Shown here: positions 41,400 to 50,328 of the stretch, one piece after another
How the letters are laid out: each line of letters opens with the position of its first letter
Numbering within the stretch: position 1 is the first letter of the stretch
Assembly: GCA_003455995.1 (NCBI GenBank)
Contig: DMPO01000006.1
Span: 38,397 to 102,396 of the forward strand
Origin: Candidatus Azambacteria bacterium
GTDB taxonomy: Bacteria > Patescibacteriota > Minisyncoccia > UBA10092
Direction: 5' to 3'
DNA: 64,000 nt
Notes under the pieces: generated by a model
The model's database searches: none
Told to the model about the DNA's origin: nothing
Seen by the model: only the letters and a program-made list of their open reading frames with translations
Position numbers and translations under genes: made by a program

Positions 41400-42496
41400 T
41401 TAAGAAAGAGTTGAATAAAATAATCGATGTTAATCATGGGCAAAATATATTTATCCATCGAGAAATTCGCCAAAATGTAAATTATAAAAAACGGGGCGAA
41501 ATAATAAATTCGCGACTCATATTTTTTTAAGAAAATACACGATATTAAAATTACAAAAGGAATCGTAATAAAAAATATCCTTTGAATTATCCCCGGCCAT
41601 AGAAATATGGGCATGATGGAAAAAAACATGGCGGCAATAAAAATCCACCGCTCTTGATTGAATATTTTGACGCCCCGTTTTATTAAAACGCCAATTCCGC
41701 CGATAAATAAGAACCAGCCGAAAGTAAAAAGGGAACCGAAGACCTTGGCGTATGAAAGGAAGTCGAATGATGAATCTTTCATTAAATGTTTGTTAAAAAT
41801 AAGCCAGTCAAAATAACTGTAATGATAATTAACATATATCGAAGCGTGAACCAAAATGGCGGGCAAAACGGCCAAAGCGCCCAGCGGCAATAAATATTTT
41901 ATTAAGTTTTTGAAATTATATCCGCAATAAAATAACAAAGACAAAAAAATGGGAATAAATCCAAAATATCCATATTCTTTAAAAAGCCCGCCCAGTCCCG
42001 TCGCAAGCGCTCCCCATATTAAATATTTTACTTCCCACGTCTTTAAAAAGCGGAAAACAAGAAAAAAGGCGATAATATAAAACATCCAGCCGCCCATATC
42101 CATCAAATAAGCCGGCCCGAAAGTTATCATGGCGTAGTTGGCGGCCAAAAGAAGCATTCCGCAGAAGGCGACTTTTCGGCTTTCAAAAAATTCTTCCAAA
42201 AGCTTGTAAAAAAACAAATTCGCGATTATGTAAAAAACGATATTCATAAACAGCCAGGCATTCAATATATCGCCGAAAATATAGGAAAGAAAAATAACGG
42301 TTTGGAGGCCGGCAAAAGTCGTGAGAATCCTGTTAGGAACAAAATCCAAGGGAATTTTTCCGGTTTTTAAAACATCCACGCTTTTCAAATATGAAATGCT
42401 GTCGCCGAAAAGATGCGGCGGAATAATTATGAAAGAAACGCCGACCAGCGCCAAAAGGAAAATTGAGATGTACAAATAATGGAAACGGCCAATCAT
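41396..42496 (-). CDS. Multi-pass membrane protein, putative GT-C glycosyltransferase
   Basis: 'GDS.SY' after TM1, 'L.KE', many TMs; ATG 42496 supported by an upstream TTGAAA-17-TATATT-7 promoter. Confidence 0.6.
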   Translation of the reverse strand: MIGRFHYLYISIFLLALVGVSFIIIPPHLFGDSISYLKSVDVLKTGKIPLDFVPNRILTTFAGLQTVIFLSYIFGDILNAWLFMNIVFYIIANLFFYKLLEEFFESRKVAFCGMLLLAANYAMITFGPAYLMDMGGWMFYIIAFFLVFRFLKTWEVKYLIWGALATGLGGLFKEYGYFGFIPIFLSLLFYCGYNFKNLIKYLLPLGALAVLPAILVHASIYVNYHYSYFDWLIFNKHLMKDSSFDFLSYAKVFGSLFTFGWFLFIGGIGVLIKRGVKIFNQERWIFIAAMFFSIMPIFLWPGIIQRIFFITIPFVILISCIFLKKYESRIYYFAPFFIIYILANFSMDKYILPMINIDYFIQLFLK

Positions 42497-42532
42497 GATA
42501 ATAAATATAGCGGTTGTTTGCTTTTTTTTCAA
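42497..42532 (-). promoter_or_regulatory. Putative leaderless promoter
   Basis: TTGAAA(42532-42527)-17-TATATT(42509-42504)-7 nt-ATG(42496). Confidence 0.55.
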
Positions 42533-42563
42533 TTTTGTTTACTATAAACATATTGCGATTACC

Positions 42564-43280
42564 ATGGATCATTCTAAACAATTCAAAAAACTTTCTATAA
42601 TTATTCCGGCTTACAATGAAGCCCGGACGCTACGGGAAATTATTCGCCGCGTTCAAGCGGTTCAGCTAACTGGCCTTGAAAAAGAGGTCATTGTCGTTGA
42701 CAATGGTTCAATTGACGACACTCCCCTGATTTTAAAGTCGCTTTCAGGAATTCGCGTTCTTACCTTAAACCCCAACCGAGGAAAAGGCGGGGCGGTTAAG
42801 GCCGGTTTTACCGCGGCAACCGGCGACATCCTGATTATTCAAGACGCCGATCTTGAGTACGAACCAAATGATTATCCGGCGGTTATTCGGCCGATTTTGG
42901 AAGGAAAGACCGAAGTAACCGTCGGCATAAGAATAAATCCGAGCATGGAAAGCCGCAGCAATAAATCGTTATACTGGTTAAGCTGGTTTGGCAATAAAAT
43001 GATTACCTGGACAACGAATCTGCTTTATGGAAACAAGGCGGGAGAATATGAGGGATGCTACAAAGCGTTTACCAAAGAACTCATAAGCCAAATTACGGTG
43101 CGCACCGACGATTTTGATTTTGATAATGAATTGATCTGCAAGATTTTGAAAAAGGGCTATAAAACCGTTGATGTCCCGATTCACTATTACCCTCGCAGCT
43201 ATCAAGAAGGAAAAAAAATAAACTGGAAGCACGGTTTTAAAATTCTTTGGACGATTATCAAATACCGTTTTATCAACTAA
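42564..43280 (+). CDS. GT2 glycosyltransferase (polyprenol-P sugar synthase-like)
   Basis: 'IIPAYNE', 'VVDNGS.D', 'N.GKG.A...G', 'QDADLEY.P', 'Y.PR...EGKKI.W'; start at ATG 42564. Confidence 0.9.
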   Translation: MDHSKQFKKLSIIIPAYNEARTLREIIRRVQAVQLTGLEKEVIVVDNGSIDDTPLILKSLSGIRVLTLNPNRGKGGAVKAGFTAATGDILIIQDADLEYEPNDYPAVIRPILEGKTEVTVGIRINPSMESRSNKSLYWLSWFGNKMITWTTNLLYGNKAGEYEGCYKAFTKELISQITVRTDDFDFDNELICKILKKGYKTVDVPIHYYPRSYQEGKKINWKHGFKILWTIIKYRFIN

Positions 43281-43281
43281 A

Positions 43282-44172
43282 ATGAGATTATCGATAAAAA
43301 AATTAGTTATTCCGCTTGCCGGTTTTGGCATGCGGTTTTTGCCGGTCTCTAAAAACTATCCGAAGGAGATGATCAACTTGGTTGACAGGCCGATCGTACA
43401 ATACTTGGTTCAGGAGGCATGCGAAAGCGGCATTCGCGAAGTTATTTTTGTGGTGAATGGCGGTAAAGATATTATCAAACAATATTTTTCGTCCTACCAA
43501 TACTCGCGCCAGAAAAAGGCCTGCCGGGTCTCGCCAATCGCTTGCGAGAATTTAAAAGAACTTGAGAGCTTGCTTCGCGTTATACGTTTTAGGATCATCA
43601 AAAAAAATATGACGCTCGGCGACGGCCATTCAATTCTATGCGCGGAATCGTATCTTGTCCGCGAAAAGGCGTTCGCGGTTACTATGGGAGATCTGCTCGG
43701 CCTTGGTCCAAAGCCGTTCTTAAGCCAGCTTGCCGAACAATACGCTTTAACCGGCGCGCCGATGGTCTCCGTTGAAAGAGTGCCGAAAGAGGCCGTTTCG
43801 CGCTTTGGGATTATCGCGCCCGCCGAATCGCGCGCCGGATTGCATCGCGTGCTCGATGTGGTGGAGAAACCAAGGCCGGAAATCGCTCCCAGCAATTTGG
43901 CGCTCACCGGAAAATATATTCTGACTCCGGCAATCTTTCCCTATCTCAAGCGCGCCTATCGGGAAAAAACCGATAATGAAGTCCGTCTGGCCACGGCCTT
44001 GAAATTTTACGCCGCCGATTACCCGCTCTTCGCCTACGAATGCGAGGGAAAAATCCAAGACACCGGAAACAAATTGGATTTGCTGAAAGCGACGGTAAAT
44101 TTCGGTCTGACCCACAAAAATTTCGGCGCCGAATTTAAAAAATTTTTAAAATCTCTCCCGCTGGAGAATTAG
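43282..44172 (+). CDS. galU: UTP-glucose-1-phosphate uridylyltransferase-like sugar-1-P nucleotidyltransferase
   Basis: 'VIP.AG.G.RFLP.SK..PKEM', 'G.GH.IL.A', 'VEKP....APSNLA..G.YIL.P'. Confidence 0.75.
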   Translation: MRLSIKKLVIPLAGFGMRFLPVSKNYPKEMINLVDRPIVQYLVQEACESGIREVIFVVNGGKDIIKQYFSSYQYSRQKKACRVSPIACENLKELESLLRVIRFRIIKKNMTLGDGHSILCAESYLVREKAFAVTMGDLLGLGPKPFLSQLAEQYALTGAPMVSVERVPKEAVSRFGIIAPAESRAGLHRVLDVVEKPRPEIAPSNLALTGKYILTPAIFPYLKRAYREKTDNEVRLATALKFYAADYPLFAYECEGKIQDTGNKLDLLKATVNFGLTHKNFGAEFKKFLKSLPLEN

Positions 44173-44174
44173 CC

Positions 44175-44786
44175 ATGAAAGGACAACTTATTAAGATCAC
44201 GCCGATCTCAAAAAAATTCCATAATGTTTTTCGTTTCTCCCGGAGAACTGCCGAGGTTGCCTTGCGTGGCGGGAAAAAATATAGATTTGACCGGCATGTT
44301 TTTGAAACCGGTCCGGCAGTGAGCGTTTTGCCCTATTTTTTTGATGAACAAAAAAAAGAGTGGATGGTTGTTCTTGTCCGCCAATACCGTCCCGCAGTTG
44401 ACGCTCTTTGCCTTGAGGCCCCGGGCGGGCTTTTAGAAAAAGGAGTGAATCCGCGACTTGAGATGACTCGCGAGCTCTTTGAAGAGGCGGGGATTCGCGT
44501 TTCTTCTCAAAAAATTAAATACATGGGGTATCAGCATCTTGCCAGCTCTTTTTGCGATCAGGTCGTCCATTTAGGGAGCGCTCACCTTTCTGATGTGAAA
44601 AGCGCCGCTAATCTTTTAGCGAGTTTACGAATACACAATGGTTTAATGAGCGAGCATGAATTTACCGAGGTGGTAGTGGTTCCGCTTTTGGACGCTCTTC
44701 GGAAACCAAGGCTTGTAACATACACCTTGGCCAAATATCAAATTCTTCAGCTTGCCGATGAACTGAAAATTTCTTGGCATAAATAA
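44175..44786 (+). CDS. NUDIX hydrolase (ADP-ribose/NDP-sugar pyrophosphatase-like)
   Basis: 'LVRQYRP', 'LE.PGG..E.......RELFEEAG' Nudix box. Confidence 0.85.
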   Translation: MKGQLIKITPISKKFHNVFRFSRRTAEVALRGGKKYRFDRHVFETGPAVSVLPYFFDEQKKEWMVVLVRQYRPAVDALCLEAPGGLLEKGVNPRLEMTRELFEEAGIRVSSQKIKYMGYQHLASSFCDQVVHLGSAHLSDVKSAANLLASLRIHNGLMSEHEFTEVVVVPLLDALRKPRLVTYTLAKYQILQLADELKISWHK

Positions 44787-44809
44787 AAACCTAGGCGGAA
44801 GGCCTAGGT
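44785..44809 (-). terminator. Hairpin/terminator between convergent NUDIX and radical SAM genes
   Basis: acctaggc-ggaag-gcctaggt with an adjacent A tract (T tract on the minus strand). Confidence 0.6.
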
Positions 44810-46324
44810 CGGAACAGTTGAACGAAGAATATAAGGAGGGATTTTGCCTTTTGAAGCGTCGAAGGCGTTTTCGGGAACATCGGTTTGATATGGCTGGCCG
44901 AGCTTTTCCCTCAGTTCTCGTTCTGTGTCGTTTCGGAGGCGCCGCAAGTCGTCGGCCGAAAGCGTTTCGGTAAATGCGGAAACCTTTCCCAAACCCTTCC
45001 GGTCTCCCCGGTCGCCTTTGTAAAACATGAAGTCCGAAAAGTAGTCCGTCTCTCCGGAATAAAGCTTGTCGCCGGTTTTAGGCGCGCGATAAACCCAAAC
45101 ATCCTTACGGCCGAGGACGGGTTCGGCTTCATCGTAGTATGGCGTTCCGGGATAGACCGTGATTCGGGTAAGGTCAAACGATTCCGGTCGAACTTGCAGA
45201 ATAAAATCTTTTGTTTCTTTGATTGTTTTTTCGGTTTCTCCGGGATGGCCGATTGACATCAGGGCCTTAACGCGCAGGCCGTTTCGCCGGGCGGTTTCCG
45301 CGCATCTGTAATTGTCTTCAAGCGTTGCGCGCTTGTTGATGTTGCGAAGAATTCGCGGCGATCCCGATTCAAAACCGGTCAGAATTTCCCGGAAACCAGC
45401 TTCATACATCGCTGTGGCTTGGCGGTCATTAAATAACTCCGCCTTAATGAAGCCGCGCAGCCGCCACTTAATGTCCAATTCTTTGCCAAGGGATATGATG
45501 GCATTCATTAATCGGACCAAATTATCGCCGCCGATATTCAGTTCGTCATCGTAGAACATCGCGCCGCACTCTTGGGCCACTTTTTCTTTATAGGCCGTCT
45601 GCATAAACCGATATACTTCCCGCAGTTCGGCAATAACATTATCCGCGCTTCGGAAACGAAGCGTTCGGAGAAACGCCGTATTCCGCCCGCCGCAAAAACC
45701 GCATCCGAAAGGGCACCCCAGCTGGGCAATGACGCTCGTTGTCGGGGCCCCGTCAATTAAGTAGCGGTAACTGCCGAGATCAATTAAATCCCGCGCCGGA
45801 AAAGGCAAATTCTCTAATTCTTCTCGTTTCAGAAAAAGGCTGGAATTTCGATTGTCGGCGTCAATAATTTGGCCATGCTTCGCTTGAAAAATATCAAAAA
45901 CAGCTCGTTCTCCATCTCCTGCGACTAAAACATCAAAATAATCGAAGATGCGCCGCAATGCTCGGGTTGCCCTTCCGGCAATTTTCTTTTCGCGCTCCCG
46001 GCGATAAGCGGCGTTCACGAGCGTGCCGTGCGGTCCGCCCAAAACCAGCTTGGCCGATGGCCGCATGCGTCTGATGGTCTCGGCAATGAAGCCGCTTGCC
46101 GGAAGCTGGGGGCTTGTCGCCGTAATCCCAAAAATATCCGTATTGTTTTCTTGGCAGTATTGTCCAACAACTTCCAAGTAGCGAGCCACTCCGGATAAGT
46201 CAAGCAGGTCAACATCGATTTGATTTCTTCGCAGCATAGCCGCGACCTTTAAAATACCTAAATGCGGGATCATCCGATCGTCGGAAAGGATGAGCGATGA
46301 AGGAATAACCAGGCACATTTTCAT
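44804..46324 (-). CDS. Cobalamin (B12)-binding radical SAM protein
   Basis: 'P.LGIL..AA.L', 'GGPH.T', 'GDGE', 'P.PARDL', 'GCPFGCGFC', 'YDDE', 'GFESG', 'YPGT'; ATG 46324 follows SD GGAGGTG. Confidence 0.88.
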   Translation of the reverse strand: MKMCLVIPSSLILSDDRMIPHLGILKVAAMLRRNQIDVDLLDLSGVARYLEVVGQYCQENNTDIFGITATSPQLPASGFIAETIRRMRPSAKLVLGGPHGTLVNAAYRREREKKIAGRATRALRRIFDYFDVLVAGDGERAVFDIFQAKHGQIIDADNRNSSLFLKREELENLPFPARDLIDLGSYRYLIDGAPTTSVIAQLGCPFGCGFCGGRNTAFLRTLRFRSADNVIAELREVYRFMQTAYKEKVAQECGAMFYDDELNIGGDNLVRLMNAIISLGKELDIKWRLRGFIKAELFNDRQATAMYEAGFREILTGFESGSPRILRNINKRATLEDNYRCAETARRNGLRVKALMSIGHPGETEKTIKETKDFILQVRPESFDLTRITVYPGTPYYDEAEPVLGRKDVWVYRAPKTGDKLYSGETDYFSDFMFYKGDRGDRKGLGKVSAFTETLSADDLRRLRNDTERELREKLGQPYQTDVPENAFDASKGKIPPYILRSTVPT

Positions 46325-46374
46325 TGAGTCCACCTCCGTTAAATATTTTTTAGTGTTAAAGTTCTACCGTTAAG

Positions 46375-46383
46375 TTATCCACA
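46375..46383 (+). promoter_or_regulatory. DnaA-box consensus in a divergent intergenic region
   Basis: Exact TTATCCACA; a plus-strand promoter TGGACA-16-TATAAT lies at 46391-46418. Confidence 0.5.
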
Positions 46384-46481
46384 GATTTAATGGACAATCA
46401 AGTTTTATGTTCTATAATAAACAACGAGCGCGTGAAAACGCAAGTAAGAATTTTATAATTAATTTAATTAAAATAAATACA

Positions 46482-48395
46482 ATGTTACGAAAACATTTGG
46501 TAATTGTCGGGCTATTTTTGGCTGTAGGTGTTTTGTTTTTTAATGTTTCATCCGCCAATGCCATTATCAGAAGTTGGAACGGCGCGGGCGATGGAATGAC
46601 TTGGACAGATCCTCTAAACTGGGGCGGCGTGTCAAATGCCAATTATCCCGGTGAACTTGCTCCCGATGATGCGGTAATCGCATCCAGCACATCTGCGCTT
46701 GGTCCGCTTGGAGTCAATGCCACTTCCACAATTCCTTTTGGCGTTAACACACTGCAGATTAAAAACGGCTGGACTCTTTACATCGGCGGCACTCTGGGAG
46801 CGTCAAGCACGGTTTCTGTTTTGGGCACCAGCACCTTGAAACTCGCTACCAGCACTTACGGCTCCGGCACTCTGAATCTTGGCCAAACCGATCCTGGAGC
46901 TCCTTTATCTATAGCGACTGCCAATGCTACCTTTACTGCGGCAACTGGCACAGTTGCTTATATCGGTGGTGGCACTGCTAGTATTATTGTTGCTACAACC
47001 ACATTTTATAATTTAAGCTTAACCCCAACCTCTACTACCGCCACGGCGGCGATTCGCACTTATATATTTGGATCACCTACCGCAGCTCAAGTGCGGCAGG
47101 TAGCTACTACGACGGTATCCAATGTTTTTACTGTTAGTAGTGGCGCGAAAGCGGATTTTAATGGCCTGACCGATCTTTTGCTTTCCGGTTCCGGAACAGC
47201 GTTTTCCAAAGCCAATGGCGACTTTATACAAAGTTCCAAAATTGTTTATTCTTCGGCTTCAGCCACCAATATCGCCACGGGCACTTATGCCAATCTTGAA
47301 TTGACCGGCGCGGCGACAAAAACGCTTTTAGGCAATACTACCGCGACCAGCACGGTGACGATTCCGGCTAGCGGCACTTTGGCCATCAGCACCTATACAT
47401 TTACCGCCACCGGCGCTACTTGGACTAATAGCGGCACCGTAACGGAAAACACGGGCGGTAAAATTACGCTCGCCGCCGCCGGCGTACTCTCCAATTCCGC
47501 GGGCGGTTCGGCCGTAACGGCTTTCGGCAATGCCGATACTCTTCCGGTGATTCATATACAGATTACGGATACCAGTTTGAATCTTTTGGCGGCATCGGCC
47601 GAAACCCAAACGGCCACGGTAACTGGGACGAGCGGTATCACCGATTCCGAAACGGTTACTTTGACTGAAACGGGAATTGCCACGGGCATCTTCAGAGGCA
47701 GTCTTTCTTTCCAGCTTTCTGGCACCGATGTTAGTGGAGCCGTGGATTTCCAAGGAGGCGGCACCCTTAGCTATGCTTACACCGATTCGCAGGACTCAAG
47801 CGACACTCAATCCGGTTCAGCGTCATTTACCGGTACCGCGCCCGGAAGCGGCAGTGGTAGCGTGATCGTCTCGGTCACTCCGACTACTCCAGCGACACCA
47901 GCGGTGCCAGCTACCCCGGCTGTTTCGGGAGAATCTCCTGCCACTCCAGCAACGCCTGCGACTCCGGCTGCGCCTTCTCTTGAAAGCGTTCAAACCAAGA
48001 TCGCGAGCGTGATTGCTAAAATGGCAACTTTATCGGCGAGTCCCTCCGCCTCCGAGTTAACCGATGTTCAGGCGCAGATTGCGGCGATTTTGGCGGACAT
48101 TCAGGCCATTCAGACAACGGCGGCTCCTCAAGGCGCGGCTCTCGGTTATAATTTTGTTCGACCGCTCGCTTTGGGCATTAGGCATGGCGATGTAACAAAT
48201 CTTCAAAAGGCTCTAAAAACCGATTCGTCCATTTATCCTGAAGGAAAAGTAACGGGATACTTTGGTCCGGCGACGCTATCGGCAGTTAAGAAGTTTCAGG
48301 AGAAATACGGAATCGCTTCCAAAGGCCAGTCGGGATATGGCGTGGTTGGTCCGAAGACCAGAACGAAACTAAACGAACTTTACGGCGCGAAATAA
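46482..48395 (+). CDS. Secreted Thr/Ser/Gly/Ala-rich surface protein with Pro-Ala-Thr linker and C-terminal peptidoglycan-binding domain
   Basis: Signal peptide ending 'SSANA'; 'W.G.G...W....NW' start; PAT repeats; PG_binding_1-like 'DV..LQ..L...G..TG.FG..T..AV..FQ...G.VGP.TR..L'. Confidence 0.75.
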   Translation: MLRKHLVIVGLFLAVGVLFFNVSSANAIIRSWNGAGDGMTWTDPLNWGGVSNANYPGELAPDDAVIASSTSALGPLGVNATSTIPFGVNTLQIKNGWTLYIGGTLGASSTVSVLGTSTLKLATSTYGSGTLNLGQTDPGAPLSIATANATFTAATGTVAYIGGGTASIIVATTTFYNLSLTPTSTTATAAIRTYIFGSPTAAQVRQVATTTVSNVFTVSSGAKADFNGLTDLLLSGSGTAFSKANGDFIQSSKIVYSSASATNIATGTYANLELTGAATKTLLGNTTATSTVTIPASGTLAISTYTFTATGATWTNSGTVTENTGGKITLAAAGVLSNSAGGSAVTAFGNADTLPVIHIQITDTSLNLLAASAETQTATVTGTSGITDSETVTLTETGIATGIFRGSLSFQLSGTDVSGAVDFQGGGTLSYAYTDSQDSSDTQSGSASFTGTAPGSGSGSVIVSVTPTTPATPAVPATPAVSGESPATPATPATPAAPSLESVQTKIASVIAKMATLSASPSASELTDVQAQIAAILADIQAIQTTAAPQGAALGYNFVRPLALGIRHGDVTNLQKALKTDSSIYPEGKVTGYFGPATLSAVKKFQEKYGIASKGQSGYGVVGPKTRTKLNELYGAK

Positions 48396-48409
48396 TACGG
48401 AAAGCAAGT

Positions 48410-48447
48410 AATAAAAACTTCCCCCGCTTGCGGGGGAAGTTTTTATT
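48410..48447. terminator. Bidirectional intrinsic terminator
   Basis: Perfect 18-bp arms: aataaaaacttcccccgc-tt-gcgggggaagtttttatt. Confidence 0.9.
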
Positions 48448-48478
48448 GTGATAACATAGAGAAATAATTAATAAAAAT

Positions 48479-49162
48479 ATGGAAGAACAAAATAAATTTT
48501 TGATACCGGCAGCAATTGTTTTTGCCGGCATTGTCATCGCGGTGGCGGTGGTCTATTCAACCAATGATAAATCGCGAAATGCCAATACGGATAATACGAA
48601 AATAGCGGCGCTGACGGCATTGCCGGCAATTTCTTCAAGCGATTTCGTTTTAGGCGAACAAAATGCGCCGGTAACGGTGATAGAATACGGCGATTTTCAA
48701 TGTCCGTTTTGCGGCAAGTTTTTTAGAGATACCGAATCGGTATTGCGGGAAAAATATATCAAAACCGGCAAAGTGAGATTTATTTATCGCGATTTTGCCT
48801 TTTTGGGGCAAGAATCAACTTGGGCGTCCAACGCCGCGCGATGCGCCGGAGAACAGAATAAATTCTGGCAATATCACGATTATCTCTATAATAACCAACA
48901 GGGGGAAAATCAAGGCGCTTTCGGCAAGGAAAATTTAAAAAAGTTCGCGTCGGCTTTGGGACTCGATAGAAGTAAATTCGACACTTGTCTCGATTCGGAA
49001 AAATATAATGATTTGATCCAGAAAGAAACCAAAGAAGGCGGCGAAGCCGGAGTGCAGGGGACGCCGGCAAATTTTGTGAATGGCGCGCTTTATGCGGGCG
49101 CTTTGCCGGTCGCTTCATTTACTAAAATTATTGACGACGAATTGAGCAAATTGGGAAAATAA
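48479..49162 (+). CDS. DsbA/BdbD-family thiol-disulfide oxidoreductase, membrane anchored
   Basis: N-terminal TM; 'EYGDFQCPFC'; 'GV.GTP..FVNG'. Confidence 0.9.
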   Translation: MEEQNKFLIPAAIVFAGIVIAVAVVYSTNDKSRNANTDNTKIAALTALPAISSSDFVLGEQNAPVTVIEYGDFQCPFCGKFFRDTESVLREKYIKTGKVRFIYRDFAFLGQESTWASNAARCAGEQNKFWQYHDYLYNNQQGENQGAFGKENLKKFASALGLDRSKFDTCLDSEKYNDLIQKETKEGGEAGVQGTPANFVNGALYAGALPVASFTKIIDDELSKLGK

Positions 49163-49166
49163 AATT

Positions 49167-49403
49167 ATGCCGAAAATTAGGATATACACAACGCCCGAGT
49201 GCGTTTACTGCAGAATGGCAAAGGAATTTTTTGAAAAAAACAACATTTCTTATGAAGAAAAAGATGTTTCAGTTGATGATGAGGCGCGCGAAGAAATGAT
49301 TGAAAAATCCGGCCAGATGGGCGCGCCGGTTATGGATATTGACGGTAAGATTATCATCGGGTTTGATGAAGAGGAGTTATCAAAAATTTTAGCCGTAAAA
49401 TAA
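49167..49403 (+). CDS. Glutaredoxin-like (NrdH/YruB) protein
   Basis: 'YTTP.CVYC..AK.F', 'SGQMG.PV..I.G..I.GFD'. Confidence 0.9.
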   Translation: MPKIRIYTTPECVYCRMAKEFFEKNNISYEEKDVSVDDEAREEMIEKSGQMGAPVMDIDGKIIIGFDEEELSKILAVK

Positions 49404-49404
49404 C

Positions 49405-50328
49405 ATGTACGATTTGATTATTATCGGCGGCGGCCCCGCCGGGGCCGCCGCCGGAATATACGCGGCGCGGAAAAAATTAAAAACCTTAATGATCGCCGCC
49501 GATTTCGGCGGACAAGCGCTGGCTTCCGGCAATATCGAGAATTGGATTGGCGTTGAAAAAATGACGGGTCTTGAATTTGCCAAAATGCTCGAAAAACATG
49601 TTCGAGCGCAAGAAAGCATTGAAATAAAAATTTCGGAGAAAGTTGTTACCGTTGAAAAAATATCGGACGGGTTCGATATTGTAACCGACAAAAATAATAA
49701 TTATCAGGCCAAGGTCTTAATTATCGCTTCCGGAGGCCATCGCCGCCGCTTGGATGTTCCAGGCGGCGCCCAATTTGAAGGCAAGGGCGTTTCTTATTGC
49801 GCTACCTGCGACGCGCCGGTTTTTAAAAACAAGCGGGTGGCGGTTATCGGCGGCGGCAATGCCGGCTTGGAGACGGCAATCGACCTAATGCCGTATGCCG
49901 AAAAAATTTACCTGATAAACAGAAAGAATTTTTTTACCGGGGATGATGCGTTGCGGGAAAAAATAAAGCGGTTTAGTAAAATAAGCGCCATAATGAATGC
50001 GGATGTTCAGAAAATTTCTGGCGAAAAATTTGTTTCGGGTATAGAATATCTGGATGGAGGCGATAATTTGGTTAAAAAGTTGGAAGTGGAAGGAGTGTTT
50101 GTTGAGATTGGTTCGGTTCCGAATTCCGAGTTTGTAAAACATCTTGTGGAAACAAATCCAAAGGGGGAGGTTATTGTTAACCATAAAACGGGAGCCGCAA
50201 GTTGTCCCGGAGTATTTGCGGCCGGCGATGTTACCGACGCGATTTACAAGCAAAATAATGTTTCCGCCGGGGACGCCATTAAAGCCGTTCTCTCGGCGCA
50301 TAATTATTTACTCAACATTAAAATATGA
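49405..50328 (+). CDS. trxB: Thioredoxin-disulfide reductase (TrxB/AhpF C-terminal-like)
   Basis: 'IIGGGPAG', 'GVSYCATCD', 'GGGNAG', 'GVFAAGD'. Confidence 0.85.
   Translation: MYDLIIIGGGPAGAAAGIYAARKKLKTLMIAADFGGQALASGNIENWIGVEKMTGLEFAKMLEKHVRAQESIEIKISEKVVTVEKISDGFDIVTDKNNNYQAKVLIIASGGHRRRLDVPGGAQFEGKGVSYCATCDAPVFKNKRVAVIGGGNAGLETAIDLMPYAEKIYLINRKNFFTGDDALREKIKRFSKISAIMNADVQKISGEKFVSGIEYLDGGDNLVKKLEVEGVFVEIGSVPNSEFVKHLVETNPKGEVIVNHKTGAASCPGVFAAGDVTDAIYKQNNVSAGDAIKAVLSAHNYLLNIKI

Noticed and set aside
46334-46481. Possible replication origin
   Set aside because: Only one DnaA box seen, and no dnaA or dnaN nearby
47880-47975. Possible CRISPR or VNTR in the repetitive stretch
   Set aside because: It is a 9-nt-period Pro-Ala-Thr coding repeat with synonymous variation, with no repeat-spacer structure and no cas genes
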